From assembly GCF_009914755.1 (NCBI RefSeq), contig NC_060937.1: a stretch of DNA of 64,000 bases, one strand, 5' to 3'. The DNA is from the human T2T-CHM13v2.0 reference genome, Homo sapiens. The position numbers were made by a program, and so were the translations under genes. The notes beneath the pieces are model-generated. The model saw only the letters and a list, made by a program, of their open reading frames with translations. It was not told where the DNA came from and searched no databases. Of this stretch, positions 33,043 through 49,819 are shown piece by piece (position 1 is the first letter of the stretch; each line of letters starts with the position of its first letter).

Positions 33043-34839
33043 ACTATATGTTGATATTTATATTTTCCATCCCATGTATCACCGTTTGACTTACTGTCTA
33101 TTTACTTGTTTGTTCATTGCCTTTTCCCTCCCACTAGAATGTAAGCACCACAAAGACAAGGTCTTTGTCTATTTTATTCCCTGTTATATTCCCAGCTCCT
33201 ACAACACTTGATAGATGCTCAAACAATATTTACTGAATGAATTATGCCATTCAAAATATAGGACTTGCTTTTTAATATTCATCAATCTGAAATGAGGAAG
33301 TTACTATCTGTCTGTGAGTTTCCCCATGATTTTAGAAGGTGTTCAGAGTAAGAGGTTGAGCAAGTGAGAGATGTGCGCTTCTGTTTTCTATCTATTGTTA
33401 CTCGTTTAAATAAAAATAAGAAACTAAAATATACACGCAAAGTTCTCAGAACATAAAGCACGCTGAGACTGCTCTGTGTCCCAGAACCAGGTTGAAAATC
33501 AGTGTAGCTTAATGCCAGATCCAATTCCACTATTAAGTCATCACATGTGACCTATCTTTAGAGAAAATGGTCAGAATGCAATAATGTTGTAGAGAGCGGG
33601 AGGATGTTAGCTGGAGAAAATGTCAACACTCTTAAATGTTGTGATTTGGATTTCCAGATCAAATCCCCTCAGATTTGACCTAGCGCTCTGAAACAAGAGT
33701 GAATGTTGCTGTGGCCCCTGCTGCCACCACCTCCACCGTTGCTGCCATTTCCCCGCTGAGCCCTGCAGTTCTGAAGCCCCCTGATGCTCAGGTGTTGGAG
33801 GAGAATAAGCAGAGTGGCTATTGCTCTCATGGTGCCCCCCACCCTACCCTGGCTAAGATGGGAGAAGCTGCACCTGGGAGGGAACCAAAGGTGCTGGTGG
33901 AGAGGGAAGCTGAGATTAAGCCGCTGGTTTTTGCAAACACGGCATTCCTTGATGTAGTCAGCCTCAGGCACTCTGAGTCCAGAGAGTAGGAGGGGATGGA
34001 TTAACATTACAGTGCACAGACTCCAGAGGGAACTGAGTAACAAAAGACACCCAGACAGGCCCTCCTCACCACCTGGACCAGAAATATCCGGTCAGCCTGT
34101 TTCCCTAAATTGTCCCCAGGCTCCTCCCTGTCTGGTTCTCAGCCAAGAAGAGGACCAGGTGGCTTGGCTTCCTGCTTTCTGGAGACTTTTGTCCTGAGTA
34201 AAGCTCCATGAGGTCAGTGAAGCCAAGTGGCAGCCAGTCCCAGTACCAGCCACAGGTGCCAGAATGTGCAATGATTACCAGCTTAGAATCTCACCCTGAA
34301 CCTCACTAGGCTGAACTCACTGCAGTTTCCCAAAGTTCCCTGTTTGGGGGTTGCAAACCTTCTGCCAAGAAAACCCTTTTGCTCCCAACTGGTTGGCTTG
34401 GCTAAGCTTGGAACTCAGCTAAAGCAACACCACCTCCAGGAAACCTCTAGACACCCACAGCCTGGGACCTCCTGCGCATCCACAGCATCTTGTGCAGAGC
34501 TCCAGCGCCACACAAATTCCAATGGAGAATGTCCTGTTGGCTCAGCTGTCACCTCCCTAGACTGTGAGCTACTTGAAGGCAGGAACTACCCGGGGGTCAC
34601 AGGTCTGGAATACATGAGGCACTTAATAGATGTGTATTGAATGAATCTGTGAAAAGAGAAAGAGGTAGGTACAGGTAAATGTTAAGAAAATGCAGAGAAT
34701 GAAGCATTTATTTCCACTAAATTCCTTGGGGAAGAAATATTTGAATAACTCCATGAAAGGCGAGATTGGATTTAGCAGGTAGAAGCTGGGCAGAGGGAGG
34801 ACCCTCCAAGGTGCAGGAAGTGCAGGAGGGACGGATGGG

Positions 34840-35065
34840 TAGGCAGCGCTGGTGGCCTCTGCCACCTGCCCGCCACTGTGGCCTTGAGCAATCTACCAAG
34901 CCCTGTGCATCTCATTCCTCATTAAGAAGGTGGGAATAATAACAGTACCCATTTCACAGGTTCTAAGGACCAGATGAACTAACACACTCTCAGGGCTCAG
35001 AACAGGGCTTGACATGTATAACCATCCATAGGCATATCAGTTGCTATCAACACTGTTATCATTAT
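34840..35065 (+). mobile_element. MIR fragment (source copy of a local duplication)
   Basis: ctgtggccttgagcaa...gggaataataacagtaccc MIR core. Confidence 0.7.
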
Positions 35066-35374
35066 AAGTACAAATAACAAAAGTAGCAGACATTCTTAGA
35101 CGGAAAAATGGAAAATGGTCTGCATTAGATGCCCTTTTGTTTGGTAGCCCCTATTCTAGATTTACCTGACAGTACCACTTTCAAATAGAGCATTCCAAAT
35201 TTTCAGTTTGACTCACTATTTTGTTGTCAGTGCACCCTCGGAAAGAGGTCACTGAATCTTTTTATTTGGGGATCTAAAATGATCCGGATTTTAACACTAG
35301 ATAAGATTCCTCTCAATTTCACTCCAAATTGAAAAAAATGGCAGAGTATGGATTAATTAGATAAGCAGTGAGAA

Positions 35375-35527
35375 GACACACACACACAGGCACACACGCA
35401 CGAACGCACACACACGGACATGCATGCATGCACGTGGACACACGGGCACACACGCACACGGACACACACATGCACACGCGCACACACACGTCACACGCAC
35501 ACAGACACGCGCACACACAGGCACACA
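35375..35527. repeat. Compound (CA/CG/TG) purine-pyrimidine repeat
   Basis: cacacacacaggcacacacgcacgaacgcacac...gcgcacacac. Confidence 0.85.
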
Positions 35528-35530
35528 AGC

Positions 35531-35608
35531 AGGAGTTCAAGGCTGCAGTGAGCTGTGATTGTGCCACTACACTCCAGACTGGGCGAAACAGCGATTCCCT
35601 GACTACTG

Positions 35609-35637
<29 letters not shown>
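35531..35637 (+). mobile_element. AluJ 3' fragment with long A-tail
   Basis: aggagttcaaggctgcagtgagctgtgattgtgccac followed by an A-run. Confidence 0.85.
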
Positions 35638-35642
<5 letters not shown>

Positions 35643-36176
35643 CGGATGGTTTTGGGTGGGCCACGGTTTACCAGGAACAGCTACTGGCCGGTTTGTAGAT
35701 GTCGAAGCACCAGTTTCCAGGAATTGAAAGCATGGCTCCCGCAGTTGGGCGCGGGGTGAGCTGCGGAGGCACGGCCCCGAAGTCCGCGTGCTCCAGTTCC
35801 GCCTCTCAGCTCAGGAACTCTCTGAAGGGGACGCATTCGGGGTGGGGGCAGCGGCATACGTTTGTACTTTGAAGGGAACCGTCCGGCAGCCGTGGAAACA
35901 GGGGCAGGGAGGTTGTGAGGAGACCCCCGAGGGGTTTTGCAAACTTTCCAGAAGGAAACTTCACTCCTCGCCCTCTGCGGAGCCCCACACAAAGAGGGGC
36001 CACTACTTCCTGCGAAGACAACTCCAGGAGCGGACAGAACATCCGTGTCTGCATGAGAGTCCATTCGGATGCAGGCCGGGGTTCTTCAGCCCAGGGCCCA
36101 CCCTCCGGAGGTGAAGAAACGCACAGTGCTGTGCCCGCCGCGGCCCGGGCTAGCCACCTGCGTGGGCAGGCGTGGT

Positions 36177-36342
36177 TAGGCAGCGCTCGTGGCCTCTGCC
36201 ACCTGCCCGCCACTGTGGCCTTGAGCAATCTACCAAGCCTTGTGCATCTCATTCCCCATCAGGAAGGTGGGAATAATAGCAGCACCCATATCACAGGTTC
36301 TAAGGACCAGATGAACTAACACACTCCCAGAGCTCAAAACAG
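36177..36342 (+). repeat. Second copy of a 166-bp direct duplication (first copy 34840-35005)
   Basis: Ungapped manual alignment gives 11 mismatches in 166 bp. Confidence 0.92.
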
Positions 36343-36649
36343 CAGCTCCGGGCTCACCGCAGCCCGGCCGGACTTGTGGGTTCCTTGGCTCAAGTACGCA
36401 AAAACCACGGCTCTGGAGGTTCACTGACGCCGGCCAGGTGCACACACCTCGCTGAAACCGGCTGGTGCACCTCCACACTTAAACATTTTCCGTGACCTCT
36501 CCACGGATTAGTACTGATAAGACACATTAGATAAAAAGCGTCTCTCAGAGGATAATTGTGCTCTTACCAAAGCACTTCCTAGTTAACTTGAAACTCCCTG
36601 ATAAAGCCTTAAGGGAACTGAAGTAATGAATAAATCATCTTCTTTCAAA

Positions 36650-37020
36650 AAAAAAATTGTGGTATAATTGTATACAGTAAAACATGCAAATCTTAAAAGT
36701 ATAGTTTCATAAGCTTTAAAAAAGGTATAGACCCGGCTAATTAACTACCTTCATAGAGAACATTCCCTTCAGCTCAGAAAGTTTTCTCCCCCACCCCTTT
36801 CCAGTCCTTCCTCCTCAGCCGGCAACCGGGGGCTTTGGTTCCTGTTTCATAGGTGAGCGCTGTGGCCGCAGCGCTTTACACACAGGGAACCCTGCGGAGG
36901 GACTCCCTGGTGTCTGGCTTCCGCTGAGTGTGATGCTTTGAGATTCATCCATGCTATGAGTGTACTGGAAGTTTGCTCCATTTCACTGCCTAGTAGTAAT
37001 CATCTTTAAATGGATGATTG
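36650..37020 (-). mobile_element. Old L1 (L1MC/ME) 3'UTR fragment, GC-shifted
   Basis: tatacagtaaaacatgcaaatcttaa, ggcaacc, tgtctggctt, gagattcatccatg anchors. Confidence 0.7.
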
Positions 37021-37829
37021 ATGTATTTCAGCAGGCTTTGCCATATCATTATTCATTAATATTTTCTCCATTGAAAGAATATTCATATTTTAAAATTTAC
37101 ATTTCTCACGTTTACCGTGATCTTATTTCTTCTCTAGAATTAAGATATAAACGATCTTCTTCCAGTAACATATCAATAGACTGACAATATTCTAGGCTAG
37201 AATCGCTAAACACTAATTGATGGGCTCAGCGCCCCATTGTTGATAACTAAGGCCATCTGCTTCAAATTGTCATTGTAGAGGGAAACAAAATCCCAATTAC
37301 AAGGTAAAGCTTCTATAAGTTTAGCTGTTGTTGACAGACTGTGGAAGTAAGGAAGTGTTTCTGTGGATGAATTGCAATTGAAGGCAGCTGCACCCTGAGA
37401 AAAACTGAAACATTTTACCCTAAAAAAAGAGAAAGGAATGTGTCTTCCGGAAATAGTGTAGCTATTTGAACATTGTGACCCGGAACATGATAGCTCCACC
37501 ACAGCACCAACTAGCGAGTGCCAAGTAAAGGTAAAATCTAAGGAGACTGGGTGGCCAGGAGGAGGGCATAGAAGCTCCAGGATGTCACCAGAGATGACAA
37601 AGGGAGGTGGAAATCATAGTTTTAGCTCCATTTTATAGTTGTAGGTAGAAGCGAATATTGCCACCCTCTCTGTGCTCTGTTGCCTTCACAAAAAAGAAAG
37701 ATTGTTCAGAGGAAATTATGAGAAAAATCACTGAGTTTGTTGAAAATGTGTAGCTACTGAGAGTGCAAGTAACTAGGATTGTAGTGGGCATGTTTCCTTC
37801 ACAGGATGCTTTACAAAATCTTGGGCGTC

Positions 37830-38241
<412 letters not shown>

Positions 38242-38377
38242 TTAAGAAAACAAAAAGGAAAAGACACGCAGTTTCAACACAAAGAAGCTATTTAAATCAT
38301 GTGAAACAGAGCACCAGAACTTACCAACAAATGAAAAATGTGAATTATTTACCATTAAATTAAAATAATGTATGGAG

Positions 38378-38678
<301 letters not shown>

Positions 38679-38894
38679 TATTGCAGGGAGCAAACAAAAA
38701 ATGTGACCAAACACCATAAATTCAGAAAATTTATAGAAGCAATTGACACATTTGGAAAAATCACAGTTGGCAAAGTCATATAAACAGGTCTCATTTCCAG
38801 CAGATAATTAACAGTATAAAAGTAAACAGTAAGGGAGAGAATATTACTAACTAAAAATTTGATTGGTGGATAATAATAATAACATTAATATTAT

Positions 38895-39140
<246 letters not shown>

Positions 39141-40864
39141 TCAGATAATATTATTAATGAAAAATTTCTCATAGCAGGGAACTAATATATACCATATGAA
39201 GAAATACAGGGAATAGGGTATTATATAAAGTGATAATTATGAAGATATTTTCTAGACCAGAAATATAAACCTTTCTGAATTTTATAAGAACATCACAGAA
39301 AGTACAAAATAAGAAAAACAAATGACTTAGTGAAAGATTTTAAAAAACTGTAAAAATAGAAAATAAATCAAAATGATACAATCAGCCTAAGAAGCAACAT
39401 ATTGGGCACATCAGTCAATGCAAATGGGCTGACTCACTTTTTAAAAGAGTGTTAAATTAGATGAAAAAGCATATCTCAATTCCATGCTATCTATAAAAGA
39501 CGTACCTAAAATGTGTGATTCAGAAAGTTTGAAAAATAAGAGAATTAGCATAGATATTCCAGGAAAATACAAACAAAAATCAAGGTCACAAACTCGATAT
39601 GAGATGTGATGAAATTCAAATGAAATGTATTACATAGGAACCAAAAAAAAGCAATTTATGATACTCCAAGGAGTGTAATTCACAATTTAGATATAACAGT
39701 TATGAATACTTAAGTACCAATAATATTCATAAAGCTGAAATTACAGGCATTACAAGAAGGTAAGGAAGAAATAACACCACTCATAGCAGACTTCAATTCA
39801 CTTCTTTCAGCCCATGGCAGATCATGTAGAAAAAAATAAATGTAAGTATACAGAATATTTCTGTAAACTCTGTAATCTGAAGACATAAGTCTTTCTTCAA
39901 ATGTTCATGAAATGGCAATAAAAATAACCACTTATTAGACCACAAAAAAATCCAGTAAGTCCCAAAATGTAGGAAAAAAGACAAATATGATTTTCTGATC
40001 ACAATATCAATAAACTAGTAATGAGTAGGAAAACCAGACATTTAAAAATACTCTTTTAACTAGACATTTTTAAAACTCTCTTAAATCATTCTCCATTAAA
40101 AAAGAAATAGAATCCATAATTGCAGAATTCTGAGAAACCAACAAAATGAGAATGCTACATATTGGAGTCTACAGGATTGAACTGAAGCAGAATCCAGAAT
40201 AAAATTCTAACTTTAATAATAATATAAATCTAAACAAGGGAAAGAAAGAAAGTACTCAAATGTTTAAGAGAGAGCGAGAAAAGGAAAGCAAAAACAAACA
40301 AAAAAACAAAACAAAACAATAACAACAACCAAAAAAAGAAAAAAAACAGAACGCGACAAGCCCTAAGGATTAAAAATAGAAACTAAAGTGTTTTTTTTGA
40401 CTAGGGCAGTAATAAAGAAGTAAATGAATTTCAAAGTAGAAAAACTCTAAAACTAATAATACATAAAACCAGAAGTTGATACTTTTAAATAAACCAACAA
40501 AATAGACAAACCATTAACTAACCCCCCCTCAAAAAGAGGAAGGAATAAAAGAAGAAAGGGGAAAATAATAAACAAATCAGAAAACATGATGTCAAAACCT
40601 GAAAATAATGCACAAAAGAGAAAAGTCAGACACACTTCTCACTTATAAATACTGACTTTAAATTTTGAAAATAAGAACCTACTAGAAAAATCTAGCACCA
40701 CATTAAAAGAGTAACATAACACAACTGGTTGGGCTTTATTTCAGCATTGAAGGTTGAATGTTAGAAATATTTTAATGTAATACACTAATTTATCATATAT
40801 TTACCTTAATGAATTCTGAAAATGATTTTGAAATAACCACTATTTCTTATTTTAAAAATAATAA

Positions 40865-41159
<295 letters not shown>

Positions 41160-41360
41160 ATAGATATTTTCTTAATATGATAAAGGATATTTCTATCTTA
41201 GCTTAAACAATAGCACCAGGATTTCTGGAGACACACTAGTGATATCCTAACCAATTTCAGAATAAATCATGGATGCCCATACTTACCACTGTTATCACTG
41301 GAAATCTTAGTGCATTTAGACAAGAGAAAGAAATCAGATATATATACATTGTAAAGATGA

Positions 41361-41753
41361 TGTATTAGTCCCTTTTGTACTGTTAGAACAGAATACCACA
41401 GATTAGATAGCTTATAAACAATAAAAAATTATTTTTCACGGTTCTTGAGGCTGGAAAGTCCAAGATCAAGAGACCTGCATTGGTGGGGGCCTTCTTGCTG
41501 TGTCATCCCATAGCAAAAGGTAAAAGGACAAAGGAGGGCAAAAGAGAGGGCAAGAAAAGGTTGAACTCATCCTTTTATAAGGAACCCAACCTATAGTAAT
41601 GAACCCACTCCTGTGACAACATCATTAATTCATTCATAAGGGCAGTGCTCCATGACCCAAACACCTCCCATTAGGCCTCACTGCCCAACACTGCCACATT
41701 AGGGATCAAGTTTCCAACGCATGAACTGTGGGGGACACATTCAAACTATAGCA
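41361..41753 (-). mobile_element. MST-type MaLR LTR
   Basis: tgtattagtc...cattcaaactatagca; TSD gatga/gatgg. Confidence 0.85.
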
Positions 41754-41875
41754 GATGGTAAAAATATCACAGTTGGAAGATGATATAATTATATCCCAAG
41801 AGAATCAATTTTTAAGCTATTAGAAACAAGGAAATTCAGGAAATAACAATGTAAACAATTACTATACAAAGAGGG

Positions 41876-42172
<297 letters not shown>

Positions 42173-42812
42173 GCAGGGAGACATTTTTGGTGATGCAGGT
42201 ATGAAGAGGATGACAATTCTTTCCACAGACAATGACGAAAACAGAGCAAAGTTATTAAAAGGCAACAATTTGCAAGCCCTGAAAAATGACCAAAGATAGA
42301 CAAAAGCTTGAGAAGGGTTTACAATAACTGAAATAAAAGACCACCATGTGAGCTCAATGGCAGAATGTAGGTGACAGAAAAATCAGCCAGTGAACTTGAA
42401 GATAGAGCTATAGAAATTATTCAACTGAAAAATAAAGAATAAAATATTGAAAAAAATGAGCAATGCCAAGAGACCCGAGGAGCAATATCAAGCAGTCCAA
42501 CATACCCGTAAACTGGAATCACAGAGAGGAAAGAGAAAGAGAGAGAGAATATTTGAAGAAATAATAATAAAAAGAGATCTCAAATTTGATTCATAAAAAT
42601 CAACAAAACTCAATAAAAACACATTTGGATACATCATATCTAAGCTACAAAAAGTCAGAAATAAAGAAAAAATGTTGAAAGCAACAAAATAAAAATTACA
42701 TGGAATGGAGAAAGGAAATGACGACTGACTTCCCATCAGACAATGGATGCCAGAAGACACCGGTGTTTATATTCAAACTGCTGAAAGAAAAAACATGTCA
42801 AAAAAGAATTTT

Positions 42813-43098
42813 AGGCCAGGCACAGTGGTTCACACCTGTAACGCTAGCATTTTGAGAGGCCAAGGTGGAAGGATCACTGGAGCTCAGGAGTTTGAGACCT
42901 GGATAGGCAACATGGTGAAACCCTGTCTCTACAAAAAATACAAAAAATAGCCAGGTGTGGTGGTGCACACCTGCAGTCCCAGCTACTTCAGAGACTGAGG
43001 TGAGAGGATTGCTTGAACCCAGGAGGTTGAGGCTGTAGTGAGCCATGGTCACACCACTGCATTCAAGCCTGGGCAACAGAGTGAGACCCTGTCTCAAA
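42813..43098 (+). mobile_element. AluJ
   Basis: TSD aaaagaatttta. Confidence 0.9.
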
Positions 43099-43197
43099 AG
43101 AATTTTAAATCCTAGAAGACTATACTTCAAGTATATAGGTAAATTAAGGACATTTTCAGATAAAATAAAACAGAAAATGTGGTATAAGAGACTTGCA

Positions 43198-43635
43198 CAA
43201 TTGATAATTGAACAACACAGGGGTTAGGGACACCAACCCCTGCCCCACAGCAGTTGAAAATAAGTGTATAACTTTTGACTCCCTAGAAACTTAACTCCTA
43301 ATAGCTTACTTTTGACTGGAAACCTTACTGATAACATAAACGATTGATGAACACATATTTTATACATTGTATGTGTTATATACTGTACTCTTACAATAAA
43401 GTAAGCTAGGGAAAATGTTATTAAGAAAATCATAAAGAAGAGAAAATGTATTTACTATTCACTGAGTAGACATGGATCATCATAAAGGTCTCCATCTTCA
43501 TTGTCTTCACCTCGAATAGTCTGAGGAGGAGAAGGAGGGGCTGGTCTTGCTGTCTCAGGAGTCGGAGAGGTGGAAGAAAATCTACATATAAGTGGGTCTC
43601 CACAGTTCAAGGCTGTGTTGTTCAAGGATCAACTG
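43198..43635 (-). mobile_element. Tigger2a DNA transposon
   Basis: TIRs caattgataattgaacaacac and gtgttgttcaaggatcaactg; TA on the right flank; about 438 bp. Confidence 0.85.
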
Positions 43636-44086
43636 TACTATTACAAATTCCAAAGGAAGTCCTCAGGCTAAAGGAGAATGATACCAGGTGGTAACTCAGA
43701 TATATAGGAAGAAATGAAGAGCACCAAAAATGTAGGTAAATGTGTGTAGGTAAGACTTTACACACATACACGCAACTAGATAAAACGTAAATTAGAACAC
43801 TGTGTTGTCAGGTTAATAAACTGTACAGGAGTAATATGTATGACAACAGTAGCACAAAGGCATGGTAGTAAATAGAACTACACTGTTGCAAGATTCCTGT
43901 GTATTAACAGAAGTAATTCCACATTCACTTTAAGTAAAGTCTGATCAGTTAAAAATGCATATTGTAATCCTAGGACAACTGCCAAAAAACTAATGAAAAG
44001 AAATTAACTAAAAAGCCAATACGTTAATTAAATAGTACACTAAAATATATCTGTTTAACACATGAAAGGCAGGAAAAAAGAACTAA

Positions 44087-44401
<315 letters not shown>

Positions 44402-45025
44402 TGATTTTTTTTAAAGATATGACAAATAATGAACGAAGAGTAAAAAGTCTGACTTAACAGAAATCATATCAATAATTTAATATAAATGGACTAAACGCTT
44501 CAACCAAAAGACAGAGATTGGCAGCTGAAATACAAGAGCAAGACCCACCTATGTGTTGTCTACAAAAGATGCTGTTTAAATGCAAAGATGCAAATGAGTT
44601 GAAAGTAAAAGAATGGAGAAAGACATACCATGGACACATAAGAAAGCATGAGAAAGCTGGAGTAGCTACATGATCACAGACACAAAGATTTTATGAAAGA
44701 AGTAGTGCTAGAGATAAATGGAAACTTCATAATAATACAAACCGAAAGTAACTACAAGGAAAGAAATAATAAGGATATCAGTGGAAATCAATGAACTAGA
44801 AAATGGACAAACTAAAGAGAAAATCAGTGAAATAAAAAACTTGCCCTCTGAAAATATCAACTAATTTGATAAATCTGTAGCTGAACTGGTCAATTAAAAA
44901 TGCACAAATTATCAATATCAGAAATGGAAGAGAATTATCAATATGGTTCTTGTAGTCATTAAAAGAATAATAAAAAAATTGTGAACAACATTATGACAAA
45001 AAATTTGAGGATTTAGATGAAATAG

Positions 45026-45486
<461 letters not shown>

Positions 45487-46559
45487 CAAACATTTAAGTT
45501 TTAACATTAAGTTAAAATCTCTCCCAAACTATGTCAGGAAAAAGGAGTTGGAATACTGCTCTATTCATATTATTAGGCCTGCATTACCCTCATTTAATAC
45601 CTGACAAAGACATAACAAGAAAACCATAGACCGATATACCTCATGGACATACATGCAAAAATGTTTAAGAAAATATTAGGAAATCTAGTAATATAATAAA
45701 AGAATCATGTATCATGATCAAATGGTGTTTATGTAAGAAATGCAATATTGCTTTAATGTATGAAAACCAATTAACGTAATTCACCATATGAATAGAATAG
45801 AGGAGAAAAAACGTGATCGTCTCGACAGATGCAGAATAAACTATGTGACAAACTTCAACACCTATTCATGATAAAACTTTGAGCAAGTTCAGAATAGAAT
45901 GAAATTTCTGCAACCTGAAAAAAGACATCTATAAAAAACTCAGAGCTAACATCGTACTAAATTGTGAAAAACCAAGTGCTTTCAACCTTAGAACAGAAAC
46001 AAGACAAAGATATTCACTCTTATAAAGATAGTTCAATAAGACAAAAAAAAAGGCATAGAGTTTGTAAAAGAAGAAATAAAACTGTCTTTATTTGCAGTCA
46101 ATATAAGTACATATATAAAACAATCCTAAGGGAATATACAAAGTCTACTGAAACTAATAAGTGATCAAAGCAAGATCACAGGATAAAAGATCAATATGCA
46201 ATCATCACTTTTATTTCTATATATAAACAGCAAGCAATTAAAAAGGACATTTAAAATACAAATATGTTCACAATAACATAAAAAATTATGAATAAATTTA
46301 GCAAAAGGTGTGGAAGATCTATACCCTGATAAATAATGCTGTTAAAATAAATTTTAAAAAGCCTAAATAAATGGACAGATAGGTAATGTTCATGAATTGG
46401 AAGACTCAATATTGTTACTGTATCAATAGATTCAATGTAATTTTAATCGGAATTACAGCAAGCATTTTCTTTTAGAAATTGACAAGTGGATTATAAAATT
46501 GATATAAAGATGAGATGGATCTAAAGTAGCTGAACAATTTTAAAAAGAAGAGAAAAGTC

Positions 46560-46930
<371 letters not shown>

Positions 46931-48185
46931 CTATAACACTGCAGTAACCAAGAGAGTGTGGTATGGGGATAAGGAAAGGCACACCAACCGGTGGGACAGA
47001 GTCCAGTCCAGAAGTAGACTGACATATGTATAGTCAACTGATCTTTATCAAAGTGCCAAACTAATTAAGTGATGAAAGGATGATGTTTTCAATAAACAGC
47101 ACTAGAATAGTTTCCATATTGTTGGGGGAAAGGGTCCGGACCCTTTTCTTTTATTGTATACCAAAATTAACTCAAAATGGGTCATAGACCTACATTTAAG
47201 AGCTAAAATCTTAAAACTTCAAGCAGGAGAAAAATAGAAGGATTGACTTGTGATATTAGGTTAGACAAAAGAAAAATATTAGCAAATTAAATTTCATTAA
47301 AATGAAAAATATTTGTTCTTCAAAGGACCCTCTTCAGAAAACAAAATTGGAAAAAAAAAATTTGTAAAACACGTATCCAACAAAGGCCTTGTGTCCTGCA
47401 TATAAAAAAAACTTACTAATAAGAAGACAAACAATTCAATCAAAAAATGGACAAAAGATTTAAACAGACACTTCACAAAAGAATATATGTAAATAGCCAA
47501 TAAGTCATTTAAAAGATGCTCAACATCACTGTCAAACAAACCAAAGAAATGCAAATTAAAACAACAAGGAGAGACCAGTATACAAGGAGAGACACTGGGA
47601 TGGCAGAAATTTGAAAAGCCTGACAACACCAAGCATTGATTGTTATCTACATGAAGGTAGAATAATTGGAACACTCATAATTGCCAGTGGTTAGTTACAC
47701 TGTTTTCCATATCCATTTTGAAAAAGAAGTTGCAAGTTTCTTATCACATGAAACACACACCACATGTGACTCAGCAATTCCACTCCTAGTTATATAACCA
47801 AGAATACATACATACATATATATCTATTTCCACGCAAAGACATTGGGGGCCAAAGTTCATAGCAACATTATTCTTCATGGCTCCAAGCTGGAAATAACCC
47901 AAATATTTATAAACTAGTGAAAAGATGAACCAGTTGTTGTGTATCCGGACAACGGAATACTGCTCAGCAAAAAGACGGAATGAACTGTTGATACCTGCAA
48001 CATGGATGAAACTAAAATATCACACAAAGTGAAAGAAGCCAGACACGGAAGACAACATATTATTCCATTTACACAAAATTCTGGAAAAGGCAAATTATCG
48101 TGAAAAAAAGATCAGTTGTCTTAGGCCTGAGTTGGAGAGAAAAGATTGGCTATAGGGGAGCACAGAGGAATTTTGATGTTGGTAG

Positions 48186-48552
<367 letters not shown>

Positions 48553-49819
48553 AATTGTACTATACTCTTAAAATCTGTGAATTTAACTGAATGAAAGTTG
48601 TGCCTCAAAAATGCAAAAAAAAAAAAAAAAAAGTAAAAATCAGTACCTTACAAATATAAAAAATAACAGCCAGTAGAAGTTTCAGTGGGAGAAAGGACAC
48701 AGCATTCGGTGTCCTCTGTTTGCCTCCAGATTCACTCTCACCGTACTCCCTCCTGCTCTCCCCCCAGCAAGGCTTGACAGTGTTGGTTTTATCAACGGAC
48801 TCTCTTGCCCTCTTGCCTCTGGTTGCCTTTGGCCACTGGGAATTTCTAGTAGGATATCTAAGGAATGGAGGAGAGTTGGGGAGCATACTTATTTCCTCTT
48901 TTACTCCTATTCTGTCTGGAGGGATTACAGTGAGCTAGGACAAGGTTATAGCTCCCATGAGATGGCCTCTCCAATAAGAGTGCTGTCTCTGGATTTCAGC
49001 AACTACTCCTTCAAACCCTTCATGCCTATGTGTGAAAATGAGGGACCTAGGACCTCTATTACTAGCCCAAAGGTACCACTCTGTCCCTTTGGTTTTTCTG
49101 TACTTGGTTCACAATGCTAATATCCCCTGTATCTCCTCTAGTTAACCAATTTAAATAGAGTCATTTGTTTCCTATGGGAACTCCTACTGATACAGAGCCC
49201 ACTTACCACAATAGCAGCAACAAAAAAATTCATTGGAATTAATAAGTGAGAAATCACAGGAGCTATATAAAGAACATCAAAATCAACATAAAAAGACATA
49301 AACAAATGCAAAGACATTCATATACTTGTACAGGAAGTTTCAACATCCCAAAGATGGCAATTCTTCCTTAGCTCATTCGCAAATCAAATACCAACAGATA
49401 TTTTATTGTTTTGTTGCTGCTGTTGTTCTTGCATTATTAAACAAACCAGTTTTAACATTCACGTTGAAAATGAAACAAACAAGAATAGTTAGAAAAACTC
49501 TGAAAAAGAAGAGTAAATGTTAAAAAAAATTGCAATAATTATGAATTGAAGGAAAGACATGTTATCAAACAAAAAGCCTGGAAATATATCCAAATACTCA
49601 CAAAATTTTCAACAAAAATTACATCTGAAATCAGTGGGGGGAAAGATAGACTAATAAATGGTTTAGGGAAAACAGGTAGCATTCTAGAAATAAAAATACA
49701 ATTGAATTTGTATCTTATTCAACAGGAAAATGTCAAAACAAATCAAAGATTTAAATGTCAAAAATGGAATCAAAAGTATTAGAAGTAAACACCAGATAAT
49801 TTTTTGTAATTTTAGAGTG

